64,000 nt of DNA from Gemmatimonadaceae bacterium (GTDB lineage Bacteria > Gemmatimonadota > Gemmatimonadetes > Gemmatimonadales > Gemmatimonadaceae), in contig JBHYGA010000001.1 in NCBI GenBank assembly GCA_051859245.1, positions 832,001 to 896,000 of the forward strand, given 5' to 3'. The position numbers and the translations under genes are program-made. How positions within the stretch are numbered: position 1 is the first letter of the stretch; the number at the start of each line of letters is the position of its first letter. The notes under the pieces are model-generated. The model saw only the letters and a list, made by a program, of their open reading frames with translations. It made no database searches and was not told the origin of the DNA. Of the stretch, positions 9,623-18,435 are shown piece by piece.

Positions 9623-9666
9623 TCCTGATCTGACGCGGTGGGGGACTCCTTTTCTTAATCATCGAA

Positions 9667-10989
9667 ATGCCGCCGAGAGTACTTGCGTACGTCTACGTAG
9701 TCGCTGCGACAGCCATTATGGCTGCCGCGGCGCTTTGGCGTCGCGATCCCTCGTTGAACTTCGATTATTTGCTTGGCTCTTTGGGGCTTGTCGTCCTTGG
9801 AGCGTACACCGCAGTCGCCAAGTACAAGACTAGCCGGAGTGCAGATGGTGAGGTGTCGTTCATTCCTTACCTAACGGCGATCATGATCTATCCGAATTGG
9901 TCCACAATCGGGTTGATTGGAGTCGCAGTCGGTGCAACCGAGCTGTCGAAGAAGAAACACTTTGTTAAGCGCCTCTTTAACACTTCACAGTTTCTTCTAG
10001 CGTCCTCTACGGCGATGTTTGTCTACCTCGGTTTGGGAGGTGTTCCGCTCGCCGAGGATAGTAGCTTCAAAATGTTCGCGCATACGGGAGGCGTGGTTTC
10101 ATTCCTCCTTGTCAACTCCTTCGCGGTTGCTGCGGTAATCGCGATCGCTGAGAAGAAGAATGTGTTTCGTCTCTTCTTCGACGCGAACCGCTCGTCATTT
10201 CTGTACGATCTGTTTGCTATTCCTGGTGTTTACGGAGTCGCGCGCGCGTTCACCGACTGGAGCTGGTGGGGGTTGCTCGTCACGGTGGCTTTGCTTTATG
10301 GCGTTCGGCTGATGTATCAGGCAAAGTTGCAGCTAGAGAATACCAACAGGGAGCTTCTTGAGCTCTTCGTGCACACCGTTGAATTCCGAGATCCTTACAC
10401 TTCAGGCCACTCGCAGCGAGTGGCTCGGATATCGAAGATCATCGCGCGCGCAATAGGCCTGCCAAATCGAGAAGTGGAACGCATCGGGAAAGCTGCACTG
10501 CTTCACGACGTTGGGAAGATCCACGAGATTTTTGCACCGATTCTTAGCAAACCCGGTAAGCTTACGCCGGAAGAGCGCGCGATCATGGAGTTGCATCCAG
10601 TGAAGTCGGCCGAACTCGTTTCAAAGCTGAGCGACTTCAACAACATCATTGACGACGTTCGGCATCATCACGAGAACTTCGACGGAACTGGGTACCCAGA
10701 CCGGCTCGTTGGGAAGTCCATTCCGCTCGGATCGCGGATCATCATGTTCGCAGATACGATCGATGCGATGACCACCGATCGACCGTACAGAAAGGCACTC
10801 GGCCCTGAGGCGGTTAAGGCCGAGTTGGTTCGGTGCCGGGGGCAGCAGTTTGACCCGGACATTTGTGATGCCCTCCTTGCGAGCAACGACTACCATCTGC
10901 TTTTCGGTGGCGTCGAGGGAGTTTCCGTTCCGTCGCTGACGCAGATCCTTGATCGCGTCCGAAAGTCGCGAACGCCAGCCACAGTGTAG
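9667..10989 (+). CDS. Membrane-bound HD-GYP domain phosphodiesterase (likely c-di-GMP)
   Basis: About 7 hydrophobic segments in the first 220 aa; RDPYTSGHSQRVA, LLHDVGK, HHHENFDGTGYP, ADTIDAMTTDRPYRKAL. Confidence 0.92.
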   Translation: MPPRVLAYVYVVAATAIMAAAALWRRDPSLNFDYLLGSLGLVVLGAYTAVAKYKTSRSADGEVSFIPYLTAIMIYPNWSTIGLIGVAVGATELSKKKHFVKRLFNTSQFLLASSTAMFVYLGLGGVPLAEDSSFKMFAHTGGVVSFLLVNSFAVAAVIAIAEKKNVFRLFFDANRSSFLYDLFAIPGVYGVARAFTDWSWWGLLVTVALLYGVRLMYQAKLQLENTNRELLELFVHTVEFRDPYTSGHSQRVARISKIIARAIGLPNREVERIGKAALLHDVGKIHEIFAPILSKPGKLTPEERAIMELHPVKSAELVSKLSDFNNIIDDVRHHHENFDGTGYPDRLVGKSIPLGSRIIMFADTIDAMTTDRPYRKALGPEAVKAELVRCRGQQFDPDICDALLASNDYHLLFGGVEGVSVPSLTQILDRVRKSRTPATV

Positions 10990-11010
10990 CAACGTTGGTT
11001 CCTCTGAGCA

Positions 11011-14000
11011 CTACTTCTGCGGTCTAGTGCGCAACGATACGGTCGCTGCGTTCGCGATTTCGAGGAGCTCGTGTTGAAGTACATCGAATACGAAGCCGGG
11101 TTGCGAAAGCTCCCTGCGGTCCACTCCGAAGTAGCGGGCGCAAAGCTCACGAGCGAGCTCCAACTTGCCCGACTCGTGAAGCTTCTGCATCACCGAGGCC
11201 GCTAGGAAGTCCTGTCCTGAATACCTACCGTAGGACGTCAGGTAGTGCGTCGCCCGCTCCAACAGAGCCTGGAATGTGGTCGCGTCTGCCACCACGTCTT
11301 CAGCATGAAGACAGAGAGCTGTACAGTATAGGGTCAGCCTCGTTGGCTTCGTCAACCCAGCGGTTGCGAATGCCAGAGCCTCCTGTGACGAAACTAGCTT
11401 CCCGAATGACAGATGTTCGAGTCGAAGGTTAAACAGTCGAACCCAAGTCTCGCCCTCATGCTCCGGAAGCTGTCCGTGCAGAGCAAATGATCTGCCTAAG
11501 TCGATTGCTCGTCCTCGATCGGCTCCTTCGAAGGCTATGACGGTTTTGCGCCACAAAATGTCTAGTAGCCTCGATGAGCTTTCCTGCACTTGTTGAGATT
11601 TCTCCGCTGTGTTTAGGCAGTCCATCGCGCTGACAACGTCACCGCAGACTCGATGCACAAGCGAGGCGTTGTTGAGTAGTCGAAGCCCCGAAAGGGTCTG
11701 CGCATGTAACTCGCGATCCTTGTGAACCGCAACCGCGAGTTTATTGGCTGACTGCAAATCTCCGAAAATTGTGTTGAACTGCATCATTGGCTCGATGACG
11801 TCTTCTTCCTTCACAACACCCGTACGATGCGTCTCGGCCAACATTGAATACGCCCGAAGTCCAATATCTGCCTCGAAGAGATCCGAGGCAGCTGTCAATG
11901 CGACGCGAATGGCACGGATTTGAGTGACGCCATCTCCTTCCGCTCCGGCAGCGATGTCTAATGCTGCGAGTGCGCTCTCCCGACCTGTGCGCTGTAAGTC
12001 TGTGTGTACTGAGGCTTCGATCTGTGACAGTTTCTGCGCAATCGACAGTTGCGTAGCGCCTTCACCATTGCCCAGAAGTTTGTCAGTCGCTCGAGCGACG
12101 AGCCGCCAACTGAAAGCACGTTCTGCAGAAACGACCATTGCATTTAGTATGCTTGTTCGCGCTGAAGCTTCGGAACAGAGATTCAACGCTGACTCCAAAA
12201 ATCTTAGGATGCCGTCGCCCATTCCCGAGTTTGAGAGCCGGTCTGAGTGTTCTAGGCACATGCTCACGAACAAGCTTGCGTCCCCGGATTCCAAAGCAAG
12301 CGATAAGGATCGAAAGGCGTCCTCTACTGAAAATATCGTTCGCAGTCTATTGCTCAGCTGAGTGGCGAGGTCGCGACGGAGCATCTGTAGCTCTGTACTG
12401 GTGAGCTCTGAATGGACAACTCGACGCACTTCGTCGTGACAGGAAATTTCCCCGGCCGCTCCCTCGTGAAGAAGTCCAGCGTTCATCAAGGCTCGAATCG
12501 CCTTGAGGCGATTGGCCAAACCAAACCCAAATGAATCGTCTAGGTCCATTGAGGTGGCTTTTCCGCCGAGGACCGCGGCGACCGCGACCATGAACCTTTC
12601 TTCAGGCTGCAGTCGGCGAATCTGACGAGCAAGAGTCGCCGCGAGAGAGGCGCTCGACCCGCCAGTGAGGCCCGTAACCAGATGTTCGCGGGCTAGTGCG
12701 ATTACGCTCAGCGGAGTGCTGTCGCTGGATACGGCGATGAGAGTGGCCGATTTCGAATCGAGGCGCCGACCTGTCGGCGTAGAAACAAGTGATGCGATCT
12801 CAACACATGCCTTGTGCGACAATTTTTGCAGAAGCACTGTGGTCTGATGACCGTCTTGCGAATCCCCCTCACGTTCTCCAGCCTGATCTTCTCGTTTCGT
12901 AAATACAAAAAGCAGTCGCTCGTGTTGAAATAGATCGAGCATCTCCAGAATGACTTCCGAGGAGTGCACATCCGCTCGCTGCAGATCGTCGATAAGCACT
13001 ATTAGCGGCGTTTCCTCGGCGATCGCAGCTATGAGCTCATACAAGCATTCGTGAAGGGGAGTCTTCGAGTTGGCAAGCCAAGGCGATTCACCTGGGGGAA
13101 GTTCGACTTCTGAGCCTGCGCACTTGCGAAGGACAGTTAACGCCTCTGGAGTGCATCCGAGGGCGCCTGGGAGTCGGAGAAGGCTGCGCACCAAATGCGC
13201 AAGAGTTCCGAACTTCACCGTACTGTCAAAATGAGACACCCTCACCAAACACCGCGCGAACCCAAGTATCATCGCACGACGCGTCACCTCGTACGCCAAC
13301 TCGGTCTTGCCAATGCCCGCCGGGCCGAGCAATCGCACGATGCGCGGTTCGCCTTGCATGGCGGATAGTGTGAGTGCGTCGAGCTTCTGCAATTCGGCAT
13401 CGCGACCAACAAGTCGCGGCGTGGCGGCTTCGTCGTGCGATAAGCGCACGGCGCGTTCGATGCGCTGCTGCGCCTTCTCGACACGACGGCCAAGATCCGT
13501 GCCGCCCACGCCCGTCTCGCGCACGTATGACTCCAGCAACGACGATGCGTTGACTCGACTCCCAAGCATGGCCACCGCTTCGGCCACGATCAACGTGGCG
13601 TCTTCGTTGAAGGGGTCAAACTCCAGCACGGTACGCGCCCAGCGCTCAGCTTCCTCCCACTCACCGCGATCGCGAAGGCGGCGCAACTCCGGCACAAGAA
13701 TGCGACGCACGTCAGCGTGATAGAGCTCGCGCTGCTGCTCCACCCAACGGCGCAGCGCAGAATAGCTCGGCAGCCAACCGGCGAACAGATGACCAAAGGG
13801 CTCCTGACCTTTGAGCACATCACGGTCGAACAACAGTGCCGTTCGATCCAGCGCAAAGCACGGCAGAAACGTGGTGCGCAGCATTCGCACCGACGCGCGG
13901 CTGCTTTCAATCTCCACGCCGAGTTGACGCAGCTTGTACACGTGCTGACGCAGCGAGTGACGCGCCGATGCATCGTCCATGCCTGGCCACACGAGTTCCA

Positions 14001-14268
14001 TCAGGCTCTCGCGGGCGATCACGTGCTCATGCGACATGCCCACCACCACGAGCAGCGAAAACATGCGCTCGGCGCCCGGCGCGATGACGCCACCACCGCC
14101 AATGTGAATCTCCGCCGTGCCGAGCGTGCGAAAGAGCACCTGCCCGCGTTCAAGCGCGGGCAGCGGCAGCGGTTCAGGCGCGTAGAAGGATTCCAGAGGC
14201 ATCTCATCCAGGGCGAGCGCCGAAGCGGTCGAAATCATTGGCTTCTCCAGGTGGCGGGTAGACGTCAT
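11011..14268 (-). CDS. AfsR/SARP-like regulator: winged-helix + BTAD + P-loop ATPase + helical C-terminal region
   Basis: RESLMELVWP..ARHSLRQHVYKLR, VLEFDPFNEDA, LVGRDAEL, GPAGIGKT, LIDDLQRAD; start 14268 or 14238. Confidence 0.8.
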   Translation of the reverse strand: MTSTRHLEKPMISTASALALDEMPLESFYAPEPLPLPALERGQVLFRTLGTAEIHIGGGGVIAPGAERMFSLLVVVGMSHEHVIARESLMELVWPGMDDASARHSLRQHVYKLRQLGVEIESSRASVRMLRTTFLPCFALDRTALLFDRDVLKGQEPFGHLFAGWLPSYSALRRWVEQQRELYHADVRRILVPELRRLRDRGEWEEAERWARTVLEFDPFNEDATLIVAEAVAMLGSRVNASSLLESYVRETGVGGTDLGRRVEKAQQRIERAVRLSHDEAATPRLVGRDAELQKLDALTLSAMQGEPRIVRLLGPAGIGKTELAYEVTRRAMILGFARCLVRVSHFDSTVKFGTLAHLVRSLLRLPGALGCTPEALTVLRKCAGSEVELPPGESPWLANSKTPLHECLYELIAAIAEETPLIVLIDDLQRADVHSSEVILEMLDLFQHERLLFVFTKREDQAGEREGDSQDGHQTTVLLQKLSHKACVEIASLVSTPTGRRLDSKSATLIAVSSDSTPLSVIALAREHLVTGLTGGSSASLAATLARQIRRLQPEERFMVAVAAVLGGKATSMDLDDSFGFGLANRLKAIRALMNAGLLHEGAAGEISCHDEVRRVVHSELTSTELQMLRRDLATQLSNRLRTIFSVEDAFRSLSLALESGDASLFVSMCLEHSDRLSNSGMGDGILRFLESALNLCSEASARTSILNAMVVSAERAFSWRLVARATDKLLGNGEGATQLSIAQKLSQIEASVHTDLQRTGRESALAALDIAAGAEGDGVTQIRAIRVALTAASDLFEADIGLRAYSMLAETHRTGVVKEEDVIEPMMQFNTIFGDLQSANKLAVAVHKDRELHAQTLSGLRLLNNASLVHRVCGDVVSAMDCLNTAEKSQQVQESSSRLLDILWRKTVIAFEGADRGRAIDLGRSFALHGQLPEHEGETWVRLFNLRLEHLSFGKLVSSQEALAFATAGLTKPTRLTLYCTALCLHAEDVVADATTFQALLERATHYLTSYGRYSGQDFLAASVMQKLHESGKLELARELCARYFGVDRRELSQPGFVFDVLQHELLEIANAATVSLRTRPQK

Positions 14269-14365
14269 CCGGCCAATCTGGAAGCCCCCGTCACCGGAGC
14301 GTCATCTCATGGTGACGATAGCGCGCACACGCCACCCCCACGATGCCGCTCCGGGGCGAGACGCG

Positions 14366-15373
14366 CTACTTCACCGCATCCGGCAACCGCACAATGTCGT
14401 GGAACGCCGCATTGTCGGCTTCCGCCTGGAAGTTCAGCACCAACCGGTGCCGCAGCACGGCCGGCGCCACCGCGCGCACGTCTTCAAAATCCGGCGCCGC
14501 CCGGCCGTCCATTGCCGCCCGCGCCTTCGCGCCCAACACCAGGTACTGCGACGCGCGAGGACCCGCGCCCCACGACACGTATTTTTTCACGCCCGGGCCC
14601 GCCATTGGATCATCCGGACGCGTACTGCGCGCCACCATTACCGCGTACTGCACCACACTCGGCGGCGCCGGCAATCGGCGTACGAGATGCTGCAACGCCA
14701 GCAACTCTTCGGCACCGAGCACCGGCGTGATTTCCGGCGCTCGATCACCCGTTGTTGCGTGCACAATCTGTTCTTCTTCTTCGCGCGACGGATACCCGAG
14801 TCGCAGTTCAAACATGAAACGATCCAGCTGCGCTTCAGGCAGCGGATACGTGCCTTCCTGTTCAATCGGGTTCTGTGTGGCCAATACAAAAAACGGTGAC
14901 GGCAACGAATACGTGTGACCAGCAACCGTCACCGTGCGTTCCTGCATGGCTTGCAACAACGCGGCCTGCGTTTTGGGTGGGGCTCGATTGATTTCGTCGG
15001 CCAGCACAACCTGTCCGAAAATCGGTCCTTTCACAAAACGAAACGTGCGATGTCCGGTGGCCGCATCTTCTTCCATCAACTCGGTGCCGGTGATGTCACT
15101 CGGCATGAGATCCGGTGTGAACTGCACGCGCGAAAATGACAATGCGAGTGCTTGCGACACGGTCTGCACTAACAACGTTTTGGCGAGACCCGGCACACCC
15201 ACCAACACCGCGTGTCCACCCGCCAACAATGCCGCGACGAGATCGTCAACAATCTGCGCCTGTCCAACAATGCGTCGCGCGATTTGTGCACGCAGTTGTG
15301 TGCGCGCTTCGGCGAGACGGCCGAGCAACGCAATGTCGTCATTCACGAGCGGCGGAGAACTCTGAGAGGGCAT
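14366..15373 (-). CDS. MoxR family AAA+ ATPase
   Basis: [62 protein letters not shown]. Confidence 0.95.
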   Translation of the reverse strand: MPSQSSPPLVNDDIALLGRLAEARTQLRAQIARRIVGQAQIVDDLVAALLAGGHAVLVGVPGLAKTLLVQTVSQALALSFSRVQFTPDLMPSDITGTELMEEDAATGHRTFRFVKGPIFGQVVLADEINRAPPKTQAALLQAMQERTVTVAGHTYSLPSPFFVLATQNPIEQEGTYPLPEAQLDRFMFELRLGYPSREEEEQIVHATTGDRAPEITPVLGAEELLALQHLVRRLPAPPSVVQYAVMVARSTRPDDPMAGPGVKKYVSWGAGPRASQYLVLGAKARAAMDGRAAPDFEDVRAVAPAVLRHRLVLNFQAEADNAAFHDIVRLPDAVK

Positions 15374-15491
15374 AAGCGGTCAGCGGGGCGGGGCGTGTGC
15401 TGAAGCAAGAACTCGGGTGGGCGCGCAGTGGACGACGGTGTGCTCGCTACACAACGCGTAAAGCTACGTGTGTGTTGTAGCTTCGCGCCAT

Positions 15492-15522
15492 GAAACACGA
15501 CGACCCGCCGGAGAGCGGGTCG
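15492..15522 (-). terminator. Hairpin terminator candidate downstream of the BsuPI-like gene
   Basis: Minus strand CGACCCGC-TCTCCG-GCGGGTCG then TCGTGTTTC. Confidence 0.45.
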
Positions 15523-15558
15523 GATGTCGAATGCGCGGGATGAACGGCCGCAGAACGT

Positions 15559-16017
15559 TTACTGAATCGCGAAGTCAACGCGCTTTTCTACCGGATGTGA
15601 ATCGCTGTGCAACACGGCCACAAGCGTGTAGCGTCCAGCGCTCGGTGGTGCAGGCCAGCGCTCATCATACGTCACGATGTCACGCGCTTCGAGCATGCGG
15701 TTTTTCATGAGCTGCGTGAACATGCGTCCATCGCTCCAGCGCCACACTTCACGACCGGTTGCATCGAGCACGACAAAATCGTGTGTGCGTCCGCTGGGGA
15801 AGTTGAGCTCCACACGTTTGCTCGTGCCGTTGGTCACACTCAGCGCAAACCGGACGGTGCGTGAGCCAGGTGCCGCATCGACACGAACCGCCGCGGTGAC
15901 CGCGCTGTCCGGTGCCACCGCTGGACGCGCTGCAACGGCGCTCGTGTGGCTGCGTGGTCCGCAGGCAAACACAAGCACGGCAGTGGCCAAAAGTGGTACG
16001 GTGATGCGCGCGAGCAT
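15559..16017 (-). CDS. BsuPI-like (proteinase inhibitor-type Ig fold) lipoprotein
   Basis: Lipobox-like LVFAC; LNFPSGRTHDFVVLDATGREVWRWSDGRMFTQ matches the BsuPI pattern. Confidence 0.75.
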   Translation of the reverse strand: MLARITVPLLATAVLVFACGPRSHTSAVAARPAVAPDSAVTAAVRVDAAPGSRTVRFALSVTNGTSKRVELNFPSGRTHDFVVLDATGREVWRWSDGRMFTQLMKNRMLEARDIVTYDERWPAPPSAGRYTLVAVLHSDSHPVEKRVDFAIQ

Positions 16018-16106
16018 CAGAAAGTGCGGTGGAGGGTGGGCACGGGGCGCAGGATGAACCCCTTCAATAACTTGGACGTGCGAATGTCACATTTCGCAAC
16101 ACCGCG

Positions 16107-16135
16107 ATGTTATCAACGGCGGGGTGATGTGTCAA
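16107..16135 (-). promoter_or_regulatory. Sigma-70 promoter for the BsuPI-like gene
   Basis: Minus strand TTGACA-17 nt-TAACAT with TG extended -10. Confidence 0.7.
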
Positions 16136-16239
16136 GGCAACAGTCGTGGGCTAAGTATTGCACTGGAGCCAACTTCGCACAATGGCGAGTGTTCAATTCG
16201 GGGACTTTCGGTTGGTCTTCGGAAGAGCTTGTGGTTTGC

Positions 16240-16268
16240 TTGCGAAAAATTTCACAAGCGCCTAGTTT
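16240..16268 (+). promoter_or_regulatory. atp operon promoter with overlapping Rex-like operator
   Basis: TTGCGA-17-TAGTTT; TTGCGAA-AAAT-TTCACAA (16240-16257) is one mismatch from the Rex consensus TTGTGAA-N4-TTCACAA. Confidence 0.65.
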
Positions 16269-16277
16269 CCCGATTCT

Positions 16278-16553
16278 ATGGTGGACATTGAGCGGCCGTC
16301 GTCCCCGAAGTCGGACCCGGAAATCAGTCCCTGGTCGCTGGCGGGTTTGGGGATTCAGTTCGCGGTCGCGCTGGTGTTCTTCGGCTACGCCGGGCAGTGG
16401 CTCGACCAGCGGCTCAACTCCGCGCCGGCATTTCTTTTGATCGGTGTGATGCTGGGCGCGGGCGGCACGTTCTACCTGAGCTATCGGAACCTTACGGCCC
16501 CGAAGCGGAGAGAGCAGCCGCCCGATGATCCGCCGGACGGAGCAGGATCGTGA
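16278..16553 (+). CDS. AtpZ/AtpI family F0F1 accessory protein
   Basis: Two TM segments, GYAGQWLDQRLNSAPAFLLIGVMLG; first gene of the atp cluster. Confidence 0.85.
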   Translation: MVDIERPSSPKSDPEISPWSLAGLGIQFAVALVFFGYAGQWLDQRLNSAPAFLLIGVMLGAGGTFYLSYRNLTAPKRREQPPDDPPDGAGS

Positions 16554-16951
16554 GTGCAAGCAGTTCGGCGAACAATGCGGCAGGTAGATCGGGCGCGGGG
16601 CTGGTGCGCGCCATTGCACTCTTCGCGGCCGCGCAGTTGGTGGTGCTCGGACTGGTTGGTGCGGCGCTCGGTTGGTTCTTCAGAGTGCCTGGTGATCGAA
16701 CGGCCATTATCACGGCCGCGTGGGTCGCGCTGGGTGTGCAGTTGCTCACCCTCGCGATTGTGAAGCTGGCAGGACGTGATCAGGTGATCGCGGCGTGGGG
16801 CCTTGGTGTGCTGGTGCGATTCGCTGTGGTGGCGCTGTGGGGCTTTCTGGTGGTACCCGCGCTTGGTTTGGCGGCGACGCCGGCGTTAATCGCACTGGTT
16901 TCGTTTTTCTTCGTCTCGACCGTGGTCGAGCCGCTATTCCTGAACATTTGA
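16550..16951 (+). CDS. ATP synthase subunit I-like membrane protein
   Basis: Four hydrophobic segments, located between the AtpZ-like gene and atpB. Confidence 0.7.
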   Translation: MSASSSANNAAGRSGAGLVRAIALFAAAQLVVLGLVGAALGWFFRVPGDRTAIITAAWVALGVQLLTLAIVKLAGRDQVIAAWGLGVLVRFAVVALWGFLVVPALGLAATPALIALVSFFFVSTVVEPLFLNI

Positions 16952-16965
16952 CCCCGATCTCCGGG

Positions 16966-17925
16966 ATGCTACGTCGCTTTCTTTGCGCATTGCTGCTGCT
17001 CGCGCCGCTGAGTCTCGCCGCGCAGGAGCCAACTGCCACCGCCCCTGCCGCTGAGCAGGCTGCTGGTGATTCGCATTCGTCGTCGGGGCCGGTGGATTTC
17101 ATCACGCCGCACATCACCGACGCATCGTACCTCGAGCTCCCGTACTGGAAAGCGCCGTTTCACACGTATGTGGAACTGCCCAAGATCCCGCCGGTGCACA
17201 TCGGTCCGCTGACCATCGACTTCTCGCCCACCAAGCACGTCGTCATGATGCTGGTCGCGGCCACGATTCTTTCGCTGGTGCTGATCATTGCGGCCAACGC
17301 GAGCAAGCGTGATCACGCTACCGAAGGTCGAAGCAAGGGCTTTGGCGGCGCGATTGAAGCGCTGGCGCTGTACCTGCGCAACGAAGTAGTGCTGCCCAAT
17401 GTGGGTCATCACGGCGAGAAGTACGTGCCGTTTGCGCTCACGTTGTTCTTCTTCATTCTGTTCATGAACCTGCTCGGGATGATTCCGTTTGGCGCCACCG
17501 CCACCGGCAACATCTCCGTGACGGCCACGCTCGCGATCATCACGTTCATCATGGTGGAAGCGGCCGGCATTCGCGCCAACGGTGCAGGCTATCTGAGCAC
17601 GATGTTCTACTGGAACAATGATCTGCCGGCGGCCATGCGCCCACTCATGTTTCTGATCATGAGCCCGGTGGAAATGCTCGGCAAGCTCACCAAGCCGTTC
17701 GCGCTCGCGATCCGTTTGTTTGCGAACATGACGGCTGGACACATCGTGCTGCTGGCGCTTATCGGCCTGGTGTTCTCCTTCCAGAGCTGGTTGCTCACAC
17801 CACTGCCGTTGTTTATGGCGCTGGCGATTTCCGTACTTGAGTTGTTCGTGGCGTTTTTGCAGGCGTTCATTTTCACGCTGCTCGCCAGCGTGTTCATCGG
17901 ACAGATCCGCGAAGCGCACCATTAA
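16966..17925 (+). CDS. atpB: F0 subunit a
   Basis: NLLGMIPF, TATGNISVT, KPFALAIRLFANMTAGH, ELFVAFLQAFIF. Confidence 0.96.
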   Translation: MLRRFLCALLLLAPLSLAAQEPTATAPAAEQAAGDSHSSSGPVDFITPHITDASYLELPYWKAPFHTYVELPKIPPVHIGPLTIDFSPTKHVVMMLVAATILSLVLIIAANASKRDHATEGRSKGFGGAIEALALYLRNEVVLPNVGHHGEKYVPFALTLFFFILFMNLLGMIPFGATATGNISVTATLAIITFIMVEAAGIRANGAGYLSTMFYWNNDLPAAMRPLMFLIMSPVEMLGKLTKPFALAIRLFANMTAGHIVLLALIGLVFSFQSWLLTPLPLFMALAISVLELFVAFLQAFIFTLLASVFIGQIREAHH

Positions 17926-17949
17926 TCCGTGTGTAGTTCAGCTGACTCG

Positions 17950-18052
17950 GTGCTCCCCGATTCAGTGATTCCGTACCCGATCGAGCGATCGGGGAATGTT
18001 CACGGAGCTTCGGCTCACCTGTGAACACCGTGTTTTCGAACACGTGGAGCAC
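17950..18052 (+). ncRNA. Structured intergenic RNA element (four-way junction) between atpB and atpE
   Basis: GTGCTCC/GGAGCAC closing stem enclosing CCGATC-GAGC-GATCGG, GTTCAC..GAGC-TTCG-GCTC..GTGAAC and CGTGTT-TTCG-AACACG hairpins. Confidence 0.55.
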
Positions 18053-18084
18053 GCATTCTCCAACTTTTCTTTCGAGAGTTTCTC

Positions 18085-18363
18085 ATGATTGAAGTGCTCG
18101 CGCTCCTGCAGGACACGATGGGTGGTTCGGATCCTCGCGGTCTCGTCGCCATTGGCGCCGGCATCGCTGCTGGTGGTGCCGTGATCGGCGCCGGCATGGG
18201 CATCGGCCGCATCGGTGGTTCAGCGGTGGAAGGCATGGCGCGTCAGCCGGAAGCGGCCGGTCGCATCCAGACGGCAGCGCTCATTCTTGCCGCCCTGATC
18301 GAAGGCGCCGCGCTGTTCGGCGTCGTGATCGGCTTCCAGCTCCAGGGCAAGATCACGTTCTAA
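18085..18363 (+). CDS. atpE: F0 subunit c
   Basis: GAGMGIG, ARQPEA, AALIEG. Confidence 0.97.
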   Translation: MIEVLALLQDTMGGSDPRGLVAIGAGIAAGGAVIGAGMGIGRIGGSAVEGMARQPEAAGRIQTAALILAALIEGAALFGVVIGFQLQGKITF

Positions 18364-18435
18364 CGTGATCCGGTGTCGGGGATGCGAATGCGTCCCCGAC
18401 CTGTGCACCCTTTCCTGAACCTACGGATCAGATTC

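Noticed and set aside
9576..9833. 85-aa ORF overlapping the peptide and HD-GYP starts
   Set aside because: It has no SD, overlaps the HD-GYP gene, and is less plausible than the SD-led 23-aa ORF.
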